From NCBI RefSeq assembly GCF_009914755.1, contig NC_060933.1: a stretch of DNA of 64,000 bases; one strand, given 5' to 3'. Shown here piece after piece: positions 40,691 through 55,355 of this stretch. The number at the start of each line of letters is the position of its first letter. Position 1 is the first letter of the stretch. A program made the translations under genes and the position numbers. The notes beneath the pieces were generated by a model. That model worked only from the letters and a program-made list of their open reading frames with translations. It was not told where the DNA came from and did no database searches. The DNA comes from the human T2T-CHM13v2.0 reference genome, Homo sapiens.

Positions 40691-41599
40691 CCAGTTTTTG
40701 AGGTTATTCAGAAATTCCTCTGTACCAGCTCTGATTTAGAGGAAAGAGTGGGCTCCTGTGAACTTCCTGCACATGTTGTGCATTCAGCTTATGTTTCCAA
40801 ACCAGAGTAGTGGGAAGGAAATGATAAGCTCTGCTGAAGCACACACAGTATATATAGCATCAATCCGAAGCCATCTGAAATGTTGTAATATAGCCACCAT
40901 TTCAGGCCTCTAGTAATGATGGAAGCATTGCTTCCCTAAACCTCTTTATGAAAGATTTTTATTTCTCCAGAAGTTTTTGAGAAATATTACTTAGTCAAAC
41001 GATTTAGGTGTCCTTTCCTTTCAATAAGTGAGGAGATAGGGGAAGAGAGAGAAAAATAAAATTTGAATAAATCCCAAATTTATAAATTCATTCTGTGTGG
41101 ATTTCATGGAGTAATAAGTTATTGATGCAAATATTGATATGGGCATCACATGAAGATTTTCAGTGGATTATATTCATTTCTGTCAACGAATAAAATACAG
41201 TGAAATAAGGCTTGTATCTTTTGCTGAGTACTTGCAATAACCTACATTCATTTTTATTACTGAAAACCTACTTGCTAAAAATGAGACCCCCCGAAGGTGC
41301 ATAATTATTATTAACTACAAAGCAAAAACTTAGTACATTATTTGACATCTACTTTTTTCCACATTTTATTTTTATAGTCTCCAGGATAATTGTGAAAAAA
41401 CAGATTCAAAACATATCTAAGCCAACTATGAAAGTAATTTACTTACTTTATGGCATGCTCATTCATTTTCCACAGTATTTCTCATCTTGTTATTGATATA
41501 ACTTTTTATAACTTATTTGATTTATATACTTTATTATTTTATGAAATAAATAATATTTTATATTAATCCATCATGTATTTATTGTTATGATTATGGGGG

Positions 41600-41691
41600 A
41601 TTTTAATCAGTTTTGTTCACTGATAAATCACAAGTGTCTAGACAGTACTTTGTGCATAGAAGGCACTCAGTATATATTTGCTCAATGAATA
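41600..41691 (+). mobile_element. L2 3' end
   Basis: ttttgttcactgata..agtgtctagacagt..catagaaggcactcagtatatatttgctcaatgaat. Confidence 0.8.
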
Positions 41692-42099
41692 CATCATTTT
41701 TTTCATCTTTGTTTCTCTCATTTTCTGGGGGGGAGGGGGAAAATTGGTTGTGCTCTGGATAAAAGTGAGTTATTATATTAGACATACAATTCCAGGATCT
41801 TTGTAAAATTGAAGCTTTAGAGTCTACCTTAAATTTTAAACACACTAATTTTTCAAATAACCAAGGGCTGAGGTTCTTTTCATTTCTAGAAGCATCTATC
41901 CAAGATATCTGCTTCATCTTCTATAACGATATGTTATGAATATATTTTCTTCTACATAAATGCTTTAAAGAAGTCTTCACACTCACAGTTTTCTTTCCAT
42001 GGAGTAGCAAAAATATTCTACTCAGAGTACGCCCTGAATCAGTTAAACTAATAATCTATTTTGAGTTCCTGACAAAGGTTATTAAATTCTGGCCTCAGT

Positions 42100-42355
42100 A
42101 CCTCCATAATGGTTACCTGATCTATTCCCTCTTCCCATTTTCACTGCCAACATCTTCATATTCCCATTATTTGTCATTTAAAGTACTGTATGTGGCCCTC
42201 TGGCTTCTTGAGTGCAGGTTTGAGGGTCTACGTCTTGCACTGCCTGCCGCCTCTATCTCCCTCATCTCCAGTTTTATTTCCAGTACTTCCACGTACATGC
42301 TGCAAGCTATCTTCTTGAACCACGGTACTCATCATCCTATACTGCTCAAAAACCA
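42100..42355 (+). mobile_element. Degenerate L2
   Basis: cttcccattttcactgcc..atcatcctatactgctcaaaaacc. Confidence 0.5.
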
Positions 42356-43397
42356 GCTGGGGAGAAAGGTTTAAGAGCGGGTGTAAACCTTATCTCTGTG
42401 GGAAGATTTTCTCAGATTTACCTTCCTCAGCTCTGTTTCTTTGGAAATGTAGGAAAAGGAAACTGTGTTACTAGGCATCATTGCTTATTAACTCTGACTG
42501 GAGGACTGCATCTGTACTGGGAGGACCCTGAATGGATATATAGACCCTGAAGGTCCATATGATAAAACTCTATAAAAACATGCAGTAAATGAGAAGCCTT
42601 AACCTCACTGTTTGGTGCTTCTTGGAAAAAGCATGGCCCCTGAGCAGGTCTGTCAGCTCCTCTCACGGGCTGTCATATATGAGCCTTGCCTAGGCTGAAG
42701 TGACCATCATGTACTCATGGGGTCCCAACCCTTAAAACTGAGCATGCCCCTTGTGCTGCCTGGGGAGCAGTGCCAAGATGGCAGTAAGAACTCCAGAGGA
42801 AAATGTATTTGAGAAAATCACGCTGACATGCTCTCTTTCCAATCTTATATCCTTCCTCACAGCTAAATAAACCTAGCGCACATTACAGCTAATGGTGCTC
42901 TACGAACATGAAGGTCAATTTGAAACCAAGACCATTGCTGTATTTGTAGAGTAGATGTTGCAGCACCAATGATTCTTTCATTGCTTAGCCATATAGCTTG
43001 GTACACACTATGTACAACCTGACTTCAACATTATTTCCCTTTTCCTTGCAAAACAAAATCTGATGTCCATAGCTGAAGGTAAAACACATTACATCCGGAG
43101 ACTTACTACAGACACCAAACAAATTGTGGTTCGAATAAAACTTCACGTTCATTTTATTTATTTCCCACTCCTTATACATAGTGCTTGATAAAATGTTATG
43201 TAACAATTATGTGAATGAATTATCAACCTAGCAATACCTGTAGCTTTTTTTGTAATACTTTATCATCCTTTGCCTGCTCACCCCTTTCTCCCATTATCCC
43301 TAACATCCACATCTAAACATGTTACTTTTCTGTAAAATGTATCAGAGATTTCACATATTTCCAGTAATTCATGCAAATGTACTCTAGCTTCCTAACT

Positions 43398-43525
43398 TGT
43401 GGTTCTCAAAATTCATTTGCTTAAGATTCACTTGTGAAGCTTTTAGAAATGTACTTTTCAAATTTACCTCTAGAGATTCTAAAATTAGAGCTAGATTAGG
43501 GCTCAGAATCTGTATTTAAACACTG
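43398..43525. mobile_element. MER5-like remnant
   Basis: gtggttctcaaa..gattcacttgtgaagctttt..cagaatctgtattt. Confidence 0.55.
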
Positions 43526-43540
43526 TGTTTGGAGTATTTA

Positions 43541-43906
43541 TTACTTTTTTTAACTTTTAGGTTCAGAGGTATATGTGCAGGTTTATTATACAGATAAGTT
43601 GCATGTCACTGGGGTTTGGTGTACAGATTATTTTGCTATCCAGGTAATAAGCATAGTATCCAATAGGTAATTTTTCAATCTTCACCGTCCTCCGTTCCTC
43701 CTCTCTCAAGTAGGCACCCATGTCTGTTGTTCCCTTCTTTGTGTCCATATGTACTCAATATTTAGCTCCCACTTAATAAGTAAGAACCTTTGGTATTTGT
43801 TTTTCTGTTCTCAAGTTAGTTCACTTAGGATAATGGCCTTCAGCTCCAACCATGTTGCTGCAAAGGACATGATCTCTCTTTTTTTTTTTTTAAAAGGTTG
43901 CACAGT
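43541..43906 (-). mobile_element. L1PA15/16-type 3' end
   Basis: aacttttaggttcagaggtatatgtgcaggttt..catgttgctgcaaaggacatgat. Confidence 0.9.
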
Positions 43907-44278
43907 GGAATCGGCATTTTTAAATAGCCTTCTCTGTTCATTCTGGTTTTGGTAATCCACCTACCATAATGTTAGTATTACTATACTCTAAGTAACTTGT
44001 GGACACCACATTCATATTTGTATCTCCTCTACACTTTAAAAATAGTAATTGATATATGTAAATTCTCAATTTTGATTGGAATGAATTATCTACAGACAAG
44101 TGGCTGGAGATGGAATAATTCCAAGGACCCTGAGAAATATTAGAAAATAACTTAGTAACTCCAAAATAAGAAAGAAAAAAAATCTTTAAACATACATACA
44201 TTTCTAAATATAATCAAATATCTTATACCAATAATTATGCAAAATCATAGATCTCAGGGTTAGAAAGAACCCACCTAG

Positions 44279-44586
<308 letters not shown>

Positions 44587-47398
44587 GAAAGAACCCACCC
44601 ATATAATCCTATGTAGCCCTCTACTCATTGTTGGCATCATTAAATATCCCAATCAGGGGGTGTTTGGTCATCTAGTCTCTCCTTCACTTTTCAGACAGTG
44701 AGTTAATCATTATTTACCAACTTCATAAAATAACCTGTATAACAAATCTCCACAGTTCTCTTCTGATTGCTGTTTCAAAATATGCCTCCTAGGAATTTAT
44801 ATTCAATGTTTCCTATTCTTTCTTCTGTGAAATGTCTGCTTCCTCTTTCAGGTGATAATTCTTCAAATATTTTAGAGATTGTTTTAGTGTTTTCCCCCTA
44901 CACATTTCCTCCTAACAACATTAAATATAAGACATGGTTTTCAGACTCCTCACCATCTGGTTGCCTTCTTCTGAAACTTTTCTGGTTGAACATTATCCAG
45001 CTTAAATCTACTTTCAATCGTTAACATGAGTAGAACTTTTTTTTCTTTTTCTTTTTTTTGGGTTGAAATTTAAACAATTATGTGCACATAACTTTCAGAT
45101 CTTTGTCCTTTACACCTGGGTGTACCTGTATTTTAAAACTTAAAATGTCCTCTTAAGAGACCAAATTCTTTTATTGCTATCCCTCCCTCTAAGCTGATTT
45201 CAAATACCCATTCTGGGAAGGTAAAAATGGTACTGGCAAGCTTCCGAACTCCATGTTTCCAGGTTAAGGTTGTGCCTGACTGTCTAATCTAGGCTGATCT
45301 GATCCAGACGGGCGTGCCATTGCAGCTATTCTGATGGCTTTACTCTTCCAGATGGCAAATTCACTGTTGGCCACGTATGCAGGGATTTCATTAAAAGAAA
45401 TGGTAATACGCTTTTTAAACTAAAATATGTATTGGCAGGAATGAAATCCCGAGGCCACCCCTGGGTTGTTGTGTTTTTGTTGCTGTATTTTTCCCCTCCC
45501 CTGAAGCATCCAGGCAGGAGGCACTCCAGAATCAAGACCCTTTGTTTTTCACATGGCTCTTTTTCACCATGCCACTGCACTGCCACATGTTTGAGTGTGG
45601 GCATCAAGGATAGAGATTTGGATTTTAATTCAGGCCCTGCTGCTAATTCTATGATATTGAATTAAATATGGTACCTTGAAACTAACCCTGATTTCTCTCA
45701 CTTCAGTTGTTTCATCTGTTAAACCCCAAGATCTTTCACAGCTGTAAATCTTCGTGCTAGTCATTCTGCGAGTTGGCTTTGGATACATTAAGGTTCGTTT
45801 TCCTCACCTTTGTGATGTATACTCAGCAAATGCAAAGTCATTCTGAAATCTACTGCAAAATAGGTCTATTGTCACCGACCCTAAAGGATATGAAGTGCAC
45901 ATAGTTAGATGTTTGCTATGAATAATTGTCAGCAAATACATGAATAAAACTTCAGAGTATCCAAGGTAATTAAATCTTGCTTTTTTTTTTTTTTTTTCCA
46001 GCTTGGTATGTACAACCCCTTCCCAACACATGTCACTGTCAAATGTGTGGACAGAATAAACAAGGAATTTTGTAACAGCAGAGAACATAACTTAAGAGAC
46101 AACAAACACAAATAGAGAAGAAGGGGAAAATTCCACTAATGGTCTAAGTAAAACCTAAATGCAAAGAGAACAGCATACATTTAAATGATAAGTGAAGGAA
46201 GCTCTCTGTAACAGCCTGACAGCATATCCTCTAAAGGAAACTAGCTACAAATCATCACCATTATAGCTGGTAGCACAGAGTAGCAAAACAGTTCACACTA
46301 AAGGAAAATCAGACAGGAGCAGGCAAACCCAAAATAGAAATAGAAATAATGACAATTTCACCAGAGGACAAAATGCTGTATCTCCTTTATTAGACTAAAT
46401 GTGAAATGTTAACACTGTATGCAGAGTACATGTGATAGGGAGGCATTGGTATTCAAACCACTTGTCATTGCTACACTGTAATCCAATCATGACACAAGGA
46501 GAAAAGTAGAGAAATTAGAAATGCATTAGAAGAAACAAGAAAATTGGGAATGTGAAGGGTGACAAGCTTAAACTGCTTAAACTCCTAGCCCTGGCCTCGC
46601 AGAAGACTCATATTTATTTGAAACCATTAAGAAACATGTTCTACATGCAAATAACAGTACAGTTAACATAAAAGGCTTTGCCTTATCTCAATATAAAATG
46701 CTAGATAAAATCCATTATCACACACATTGTATATATTTCAAAAAATGAAAATAACTCCCTTTCTTTTCTTTATAGGGACTCCTACTCCTTAGCTAGGGAG
46801 GCAAAGAGAAGTGATAAAATACTATTTTATGCTCTTGACCATTAAAAAGCTACCATTTTGAAAATTAAATTTCTGGCAAGCTAGACATACTGAGACATAC
46901 AGTTATTGGTATGAATATTCTAAAAACATTACGTAAATATTGGAACAAATACATCTGATAATTAAAATAAATTATGACCATATATTTGTTTCTTGCCTAC
47001 TCTCAGGAACAATTATCTCTTATTTTAAGAGACTGTAGGTACATCATTTGAGTAAATTATAATATTTCTTAATTTATAACACCCAAATAACTTGTATGGA
47101 ATATCTACTAAGAATATTTCTCTTTCTCCTTTTTTTAAACCTGCTATTTCCATCTTATAGTTAAGGCATAAGGATAAATAAGCATGCTTCTAGATAATTC
47201 TTTGAAATAAATATTAATTCTTAAATTCACAGACATTATTTTAAATATTATGAAGTTAATAACTTTCAAAATAATACTACTGTAATATAGCAGTGTGCTT
47301 GTTCAAGATTCTGATACACATCAATAATTAGTTACCTAGATATTGAAGACTTTGTTTTAAAGATTATAATCAATTATAAAGAAAAAGGCAATGGGGGT

Positions 47399-47761
47399 TA
47401 CAATTGGACTGAACGCTTGTATCCCCTCCAATTTTGTATGTTGATATCCTAACCCCTAGTGTGATGATACTAGGAGGTGGAGCGTTTGGGAGGCAATTAG
47501 GTCATGAAGGTGGAGCCCACGTAACTGGAATTAGTGCCCTAATAAAAGAGACCTTCACAGTTCTCTTGCTGTCTTTCTACAAAGTGAGTAGACAGCCTTC
47601 TGCCAGCCAAGAGAGGGCCCTCACCGCAACCTGACCATGCTAGGGCCCTGATCTGAGACTTTCAGCCTTCATAACTATAAGAAAGAAATTTCTGTTGTTT
47701 ATGAACCACCCAGTCTATGGTGCTTTGTGATAGCACCCCAAGCAATGGGTAAAGTAAGACA
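47399..47761 (+). mobile_element. MLT1A/A0 MaLR solo LTR
   Basis: ggactgaacgcttgtatcccctcca..ccacccagtctatggt..taagaca; perfect TSD ggggt (47394-98 / 47762-66). Confidence 0.9.
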
Positions 47762-48861
47762 GGGGTGTTATTATATTTTTGATATAAGGAAATAGCATTG
47801 GTTTTCACGTTTTGGTGTTGCAAATAGATGGAGTTTCTAAATCCACCAATTTTATTCGGGTTTTAAATTTTTTCTTAGTCATGAAAATAGCTGAGTGCTT
47901 ATTAATCATTTGATTACGGTATGATGCAGTCATACACCTCTCATCTGATCATTTACAGCATAATACAGTCATAACCAGTGTTTTGTAATTAACTAAAAAA
48001 TTTACACTTAGGCCACAGAGAGATTTAGGAGAAGCTAAGTTTATTCTACTTTAATTGGACTGAATATAAGGGTTATACCTCATTAAAATATCAACAATAA
48101 ATCTGTGTGTAGGTGACTTGGTTTGGAAGATGCAAATGTGTTGGCTCCATACAAAATGAACCTCTTCATTATAATCCAAAATTCAATGATAGCACAGATC
48201 TTCTAAGCAATTTCACAAATCTACTTTCCTGGAATCAATTACTGAATTAAGTTAGAATAATAAACGTTAAAGGATGCAAACATAGTGTTTGATTGATTAG
48301 TTGGTACAGGTTTAGAATTATCTCTCATCACCTTTTTCACACTTATCAAATGAATTGACACATTTGACCTGTGACTTGGGGATGTCCCAAACACGGTCAA
48401 GATGTACAGCATATCATAAGAGCAATCATCCTACATAAGAGTTGCTGCTTTGACATTGACAAGGCGTGTGCACTGATTATGCTGTAGGATGTGGATGTAC
48501 TGATTTATGTATATGGCTACAGGATTTGACAGCAAACAATTCTATCAACTGGAAATTAGCAAGTACTGTGAATTACAAATTACAAGACAGAAAAAGAAAG
48601 AGAGGGAAAGGCAGAGAGGTGAAGTTATGTAGAAACTTCATATGCATCTCAAGTTTGAGCATTTGAGAAGTTATAAGGCCAAAAAGTAACTCAAAAATGA
48701 TGCCTGATCCCTAGTAGTGCACTTAAATACATGAACTTAAGAACAGCTGACAAACTAAATATGTTGCTTCATGTTTATTAAATGATGAGAGAGAGAGTAT
48801 TTTATTAAAGAAGGGAATCTGTACTAGGAAGGAAAGCACACCCCTTTCTTCTACTCCTCCT

Positions 48862-48904
<43 letters not shown>

Positions 48905-48913
48905 CACACACAC
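48862..48913. repeat. (CA)n microsatellite
   Basis: Direct reading. Confidence 0.96.
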
Positions 48914-49706
48914 CCTAGATTTATTTTGGGGTTGTCAATGGTAAAACTCCATTATTTGTTTACATTGATGATTATTCAAAAGGAAACTAAACGACAGTTC
49001 TTACTTTAAGAAAACAACAGCCACAACAAAGACTCAAAAGTCAACATTAAAGACTTTCTCCCTCTTTAATTTTCTTATTTGATTTTTTGAACCTATATAA
49101 ATAAATCCCATATCTATAATGCATTTTTCCTTCTTCTCTCTGCTTCTTTATTTATGATGATATTCTATACCCTATAAAATATACCCTATCCTTAAAGATT
49201 TCCCTGACCCTCTTAGTCCCCAGAAATTGTTCTCTTATTATTTCTTATGATAGAGCCTATCTAACTCACTCATACATGATATCTTACAGTAATAGCTTGT
49301 CTTTTTACATCATATTAAATTCGGTCTCCATTTGGATTAGAAGTCCTTTTATAAGCAGTTGCCTAGTCTTATAAGTCTTAAGCATTCTCAATGCCTATGT
49401 AGGTTTTCATATACACAGATTAGATTTTCAAAATGTGGCTGTATGAAAAGGGCATGACATGATACACAATGCTTGTTGTAAAGAGAAATAGATATACTTC
49501 TGAATCATTTGCTTCTCAAAGCCTGGATAAACAGTTAGTGAGCTAATTTTTATCAGCAAATTCATGTCTATAAAACACATTTTAATAAAAGCATAAAGTT
49601 TTAATGAGAACTTAATATATAAATGCAAATTCAGGTTATTTAACAGTGGAAGATGACACAATAGAAGAAGCCCTCACAGCCAACAGTAATCTACAGTCAT
49701 CTAGAG

Positions 49707-50009
49707 CAGTGGTTACCAATCTTTTTGGCACCAGAGATGAGCTTTGTGGAAGATAATTTTTTCTATGGTAGGAGTCGGGGGTGGATGAGGATCATCAGGC
49801 TTTAGATTCTCATAAGGAGCACGCGACCTAGATCCCTCACATGTGCAGTTTACAATAGAGTTCATGCTTCCTTGATAATCTAATGCCACAGCTGATCTGA
49901 TAGGAGGTGGAGCTCAAGCAATAATGCTCACCTCTTGCTATTTGGCCCAGTTCCTAACAGACCAGTCCCTGTCTGCACTAGTCCACAGCACTGGAGTTGG
50001 GGACACCTG
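49707..50009. mobile_element. MER1B (hAT-Charlie)
   Basis: cagtggttaccaatctttttggcaccag..tagattctcataaggagc..gttggggacacctg. Confidence 0.9.
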
Positions 50010-50019
50010 AATAGAGAAC

Positions 50020-50200
50020 TAGGCTCAAGGTCATACTTGGTCACTTAATGACCATGTGACTTTAGATAGATCATTTAAACTTCCTAAAATCTCCTAAGCC
50101 TCTATATCCCAATTTTAGAAACACAGTTAATAATAGGCATTGTAACTATCTCCTAGGTTATAAGTACTAAGTGACATAAGTTAAAATAGTAATACATTAT
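50020..50200 (+). mobile_element. Degenerate MIR
   Basis: catgtgactttagatagatcatttaaacttcct. Confidence 0.5.
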
Positions 50201-50676
50201 AATGTTCCACAATATTTTAAGTGTTGTTTTGTTAGAAAAAATGATGAGTGATTATATGAGCTATAATATTTGTATGCATAGCTATCTTTTCTGAAGTACA
50301 GAAAGCATATTTTAAAATTTTGTTTCTCCAAAGATAATATAAATCCTTCTGTAATGTTAGTTACTATGTTGGAAATCTATAGCTAACTTTCAAATAATGA
50401 GGTACGCCAAACTGTATATCTGTTAAATTGTGAGAAGAACTGAAGAAAATATAGGAATCTATACTATGAATAAAATGATAGAAGGGAAAAAATAAAATCC
50501 ATGATTAAACCAGTTTTTGTTTATCATATATTATTTATAACTATGCCAGAATTGTAACCCACTCACACATTATTCTGCATGAGTAGCTATGGCAGTGTTT
50601 ACTGGAGTTCTTAGATATTGATATTAATTTCCTTATAAGTGTCACTAGTTGGAAAGAACACTTGATTATTGCATTT

Positions 50677-50882
50677 GGGAGTCAACAAACACTTTCTGTA
50701 AAAGTTTAAATAATATTTTTTTTTAGGTTTTACAAGACACACAACTTCGCAACTCTGCCTTGTGGTGTGAAAATAGCCTTAGATAATATGTAAAACATCA
50801 GTCATGGTTGTGTTTACATCTTTATTTACAAAATTCAATAGTAGACCAAATTTAGTTCACAAGCTGTAGTTTCCTGGTTCCT
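50677..50882. mobile_element. MER58A-like
   Basis: ggagtcaacaaacactttctgtaaaag..tttatttacaaaa..gctgtagttt. Confidence 0.8.
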
Positions 50883-52504
50883 ATTTAGTTCAACACAGCA
50901 TGCTTAGAACATAATACATAAATCTTACAGAAACCCTAGCATACATAGAAGATCTCAATAGGAGTCTCAACTCTCGTAGATAAAAACACACAGGATGATA
51001 GCATGAAGGTGCACAGATATAAACCATATCATGATTTGAAGTAGTCCAGAGAAATAAATATCAATGTCTTTTAAAGTAAAGGATGTCCTCTGGGTGTGTA
51101 GTATGGTGGGCTGGTACATGAACATTCATTAGGAATGGTTACAAAATATTTGAATTTCTCCTTCATTCTCTTTTAATATTTCTATTTGTGTAAGTAAAAT
51201 AATGTAAAAACCATTTAGTACAGTATTATATGCATAATATTTGTGTAATTTATAAATAAGTATATACCAATTTTGACAACACGCCTTCTCAACTGACGTG
51301 GCGAGAATTTTTTAAAAAACTACATCAGTGGGGCCAAGATAACCGATTATTTTTAAGTTCCTGATTAACATTGACATCATGGTGAACCTGGCCAAAATAA
51401 TTTTGAATATAAGAGGTAATAAATTTATTTATAACTGCTGGAGATATTTTTAAGCAATAGGAATAGCTTTCAGGATCCTAAACCTGTGACAGAAAGATTG
51501 AGTTCTTCACTGAGAAACCTTGTTTCTGTTGGTCATTTCATCTTTTTGTGTTGAGAAATAAGACTCCAGCCAGCACAATATGTCATAAGAGATGTAAGTG
51601 GAAAAGGGAAAGAGATGCTGGTCATAAGCTAAATCTCAGGAAATGAGACACAGAGAAGAAAAGTGAGAGACTCAGGAAGAATACTGGCGCCTGCCTGTGC
51701 ATGCCTCCCATCACCATCACACACATTCATAGACACATACATGACACACACACACACGCACAAAGGCAAAGATGGCTATTTGCTTAGCAACAACTCCCCA
51801 GGTGAAACACAAGTAGGTGAAACCATCATTTTGCCATTTATTTTTCAGGTAAAACATTCTGCCTCATCAGTTTCCTTAGAGGTCACCTGTAACGTTGGTA
51901 AATGTTTTTCAGTATATTTCAGGGCAGTGTGATGAACTGCCAACCCTACTCTATGAAAGTCTCTGATCCATGAAATCTAATATGATATGAGGCTAAATAG
52001 ATAAAAACAACATAAAATCCTAGCAGTATATTAAGCAACCAGTGGTGGTGCAATTTAATGACTATATGACCAATTCAATTCAATATATAGAAATTAGTTG
52101 CGAGGATAACTGAAAAACACTTTAAAAATGATCTGACTATAAATGTGTAAGAATTGATAAAGGTTTTAGCATATTGGGGGCACGTAATGAGGGCTAAAAA
52201 TGGGTGTATTTCATAGTGAAAATGCAAAGTCTAATAGTAAAAATCCTAAATATATCATTTGTGTAACAGCGCTGTAGACTTATTTGCAATTTTAGATGTG
52301 ATCCTCCATAAAAAATAGTATACGACTGATCCCCCATCAGTACTATGCTGTCTGGGAGTCTGTTTCCTTACAGTGCCGTAAAATTTATCAACAGTAGAAC
52401 AACCCAACTATCCTCTCCTTTTCAGCCACTGTGATTGCTACTGAAGGAAAATTTCCCATAATATGGAGCTCAGTCCCTTAAGTCCTAGTTCAAACTATTG
52501 CCTG

Positions 52505-52715
52505 TCTCAGTGGTATGAAGTGGAAAGCGAATCTATTTCACATTAGATAGGTCTGTGCTTGACTTGAAATCTCTGTCCCTTTCTAGCTGTTATAAACTTG
52601 GACAAATACTTTTAATGCTGTGATCCTCATTTTAGGCAAGCAAAGTGTTCCTTCCTGATTGTGAGGATTAAGGTTAAGTTCAAGTGTGCAGGTCCTATGT
52701 CTAATTATATAGGCA
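52505..52715 (+). mobile_element. MIR
   Basis: ctagctgttataaacttggacaaatacttt..ttgtgaggattaa. Confidence 0.6.
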
Positions 52716-52854
52716 ATGCTGAAAGGATCAACTGCAGCCCTAGGAAGAGCTCCCTAATCCATTCATTATTATATCTTGTTTAAGATAAATGAAACAAAAA
52801 TGCAAACACAACTTCGCTGTTGCAACTTTTCTTTCATAATTTGCTTTCATTTCA

Positions 52855-52985
52855 GGAGATGAGTTCAAATCTCTGCTCCACTATTTACAATTTAAATGCC
52901 TTTTGTGTATATGTGCATCCATCTATAAAACTGATCTATACAATTTAATGAATTAATACACATAAAAAGTTTATAGCAGTCTCCA
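52855..52985 (+). mobile_element. MIR fragment
   Basis: tgagttcaaatctctgctccactatttac..aatgaattaatacacataaa. Confidence 0.55.
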
Positions 52986-54884
52986 CTTTTAGGAAATATT
53001 AAGACTGTGATTTTGGACTTCCAAAAGGACTCAAACTTAATTTAGGATTCAGCAATATCATTTGCTGACGATTGAACTAATCTGCTATAAGCCTTTTACA
53101 AATTTCTGGGATAAATATTTTTAAGAAAAGAAAACAAAAAACAAAGAATCAAACAATGCTTGATTTTTCTCAAATATGTTTTAGAGTTTTTTTTTTTTTA
53201 GAAACTGAAAAGTAGTATGTAATATGTATAATAAAGACTTCGCAAAAAGTTACACTTTTCTTAAACTAAACTTTATACATACACATATGCATATTGCACT
53301 CATTTTATATTTAAAATTCTTCTCCCAAATGGAAATGCTCATCTTCACTTTGGCACAAAGATAGCATTAGGACTCAATTTTAAGCCACTAAAATTTTGAA
53401 TTTACATAAAAGTAATACCTACAAGTATTATTACTAGATGTTCCAATAATGCTAAGTATGTTTTTACACTATCTATTGAAGATGTGGGCAACTTCTGTTC
53501 TCAATATTGATCCTTCAGAGTGTAGTTTATCCATTATATCACTACAACTACAGCCTCCTATCAAACCCGAGCAAAGTGTTCTCAGGCAGAGTGGGACCAG
53601 GAAGAAATCTGGTAACACTAAGAGACTAATATTATAATAACTGATCTTCCGGAGTGCTATGAGAACTCTCCAAAACATCCCTTCACAGAGCACCCAAAGG
53701 AAATTAAGCATTCATCTTGCTTTGAAGGTGGAACCGGGTGATTCAATGTTTTATAACTGAATATACTAATAGAATATGAGTGCTTAATATTGCAACAATT
53801 ATTATGGGAAGCACTTGGCACCACTATACAAACAAAAAGACATTTACTGTGAGGGAAAATAGAAAGTATCACGGTAACTTCTTTATCTAAAAGTGTAAAC
53901 TTGTCCTTATGGAAAGTTTATATGATTCAATGTAATACTTCTCATGTAAGCATAATCATTTTGCAGACTACTAATACAGGGTCTAGTTTTTGGCAAAGCA
54001 TAAATTTTTCCCAAGATGAAATCAAGCATATTTCATGTATGTGTCCTAATATGCTTGCAATACTTAGCATGAATTACTTTATGACAGTACAACTTCAACT
54101 TCTTATTTATGTATTCATCCATTCACGAATTTACTTATTCAACTAATATTTATTGTCTAGTTTGTAGTAAGAAAAAACATTATTAGCAAACTTGCTGTTA
54201 GAGACAGCCATCTTTTTCTATTGCAATAGCATCAGGCTAGATTATATCTTCATGACAATCCACAAAATGAACTTTATACCTACCAAAGTGTATTGTACCA
54301 GTAGGAAATTTCTTCTTTACCTAAACACCATGGCTTTTCATAGGAAAATGTAATTGGAATTTCCAGCTGTGCTGAAAGAACTGAATATGCCTCTATTAGA
54401 AACAATTCTTCAATATATAAGACTTTCATGTCTATGGACCCCAAGTACACATCTTCTGACTTATGATCAGATAATAGGACAAATGATTTAGTGTTAGGAT
54501 CCTCTTAGAAAATTCAAGATATACACTCTTCAAGTATAAAGATGAAGAAAGGCAGATATGAGTCCTATAGTTTATTAGTCTCTTTTCTGTCTATATGGAA
54601 GAAGGTGATGCTAGGTCCATTTCATCTTCAGGAAGATAAAGGAACTGGAGTTTTACTGAACACAAAATGTCTGCAATGTGGGGGCAGTAGTCAAGTATTA
54701 CTGACGTTTAGCAAAACTAATCAGTCTCTCTTTATTTTAGTTTCCTTGTTTATAAAATAGACAGAAACATGTTTCCTATCTACATCTTTGGATGTTATCA
54801 GTCTGGTGTAATATACATAAGCTGGCCAGCATAATAGCTAATCACAAAATATACTCACTAAAGTTTAGCTATGAATGGATATCG

Positions 54885-55355
<471 letters not shown>

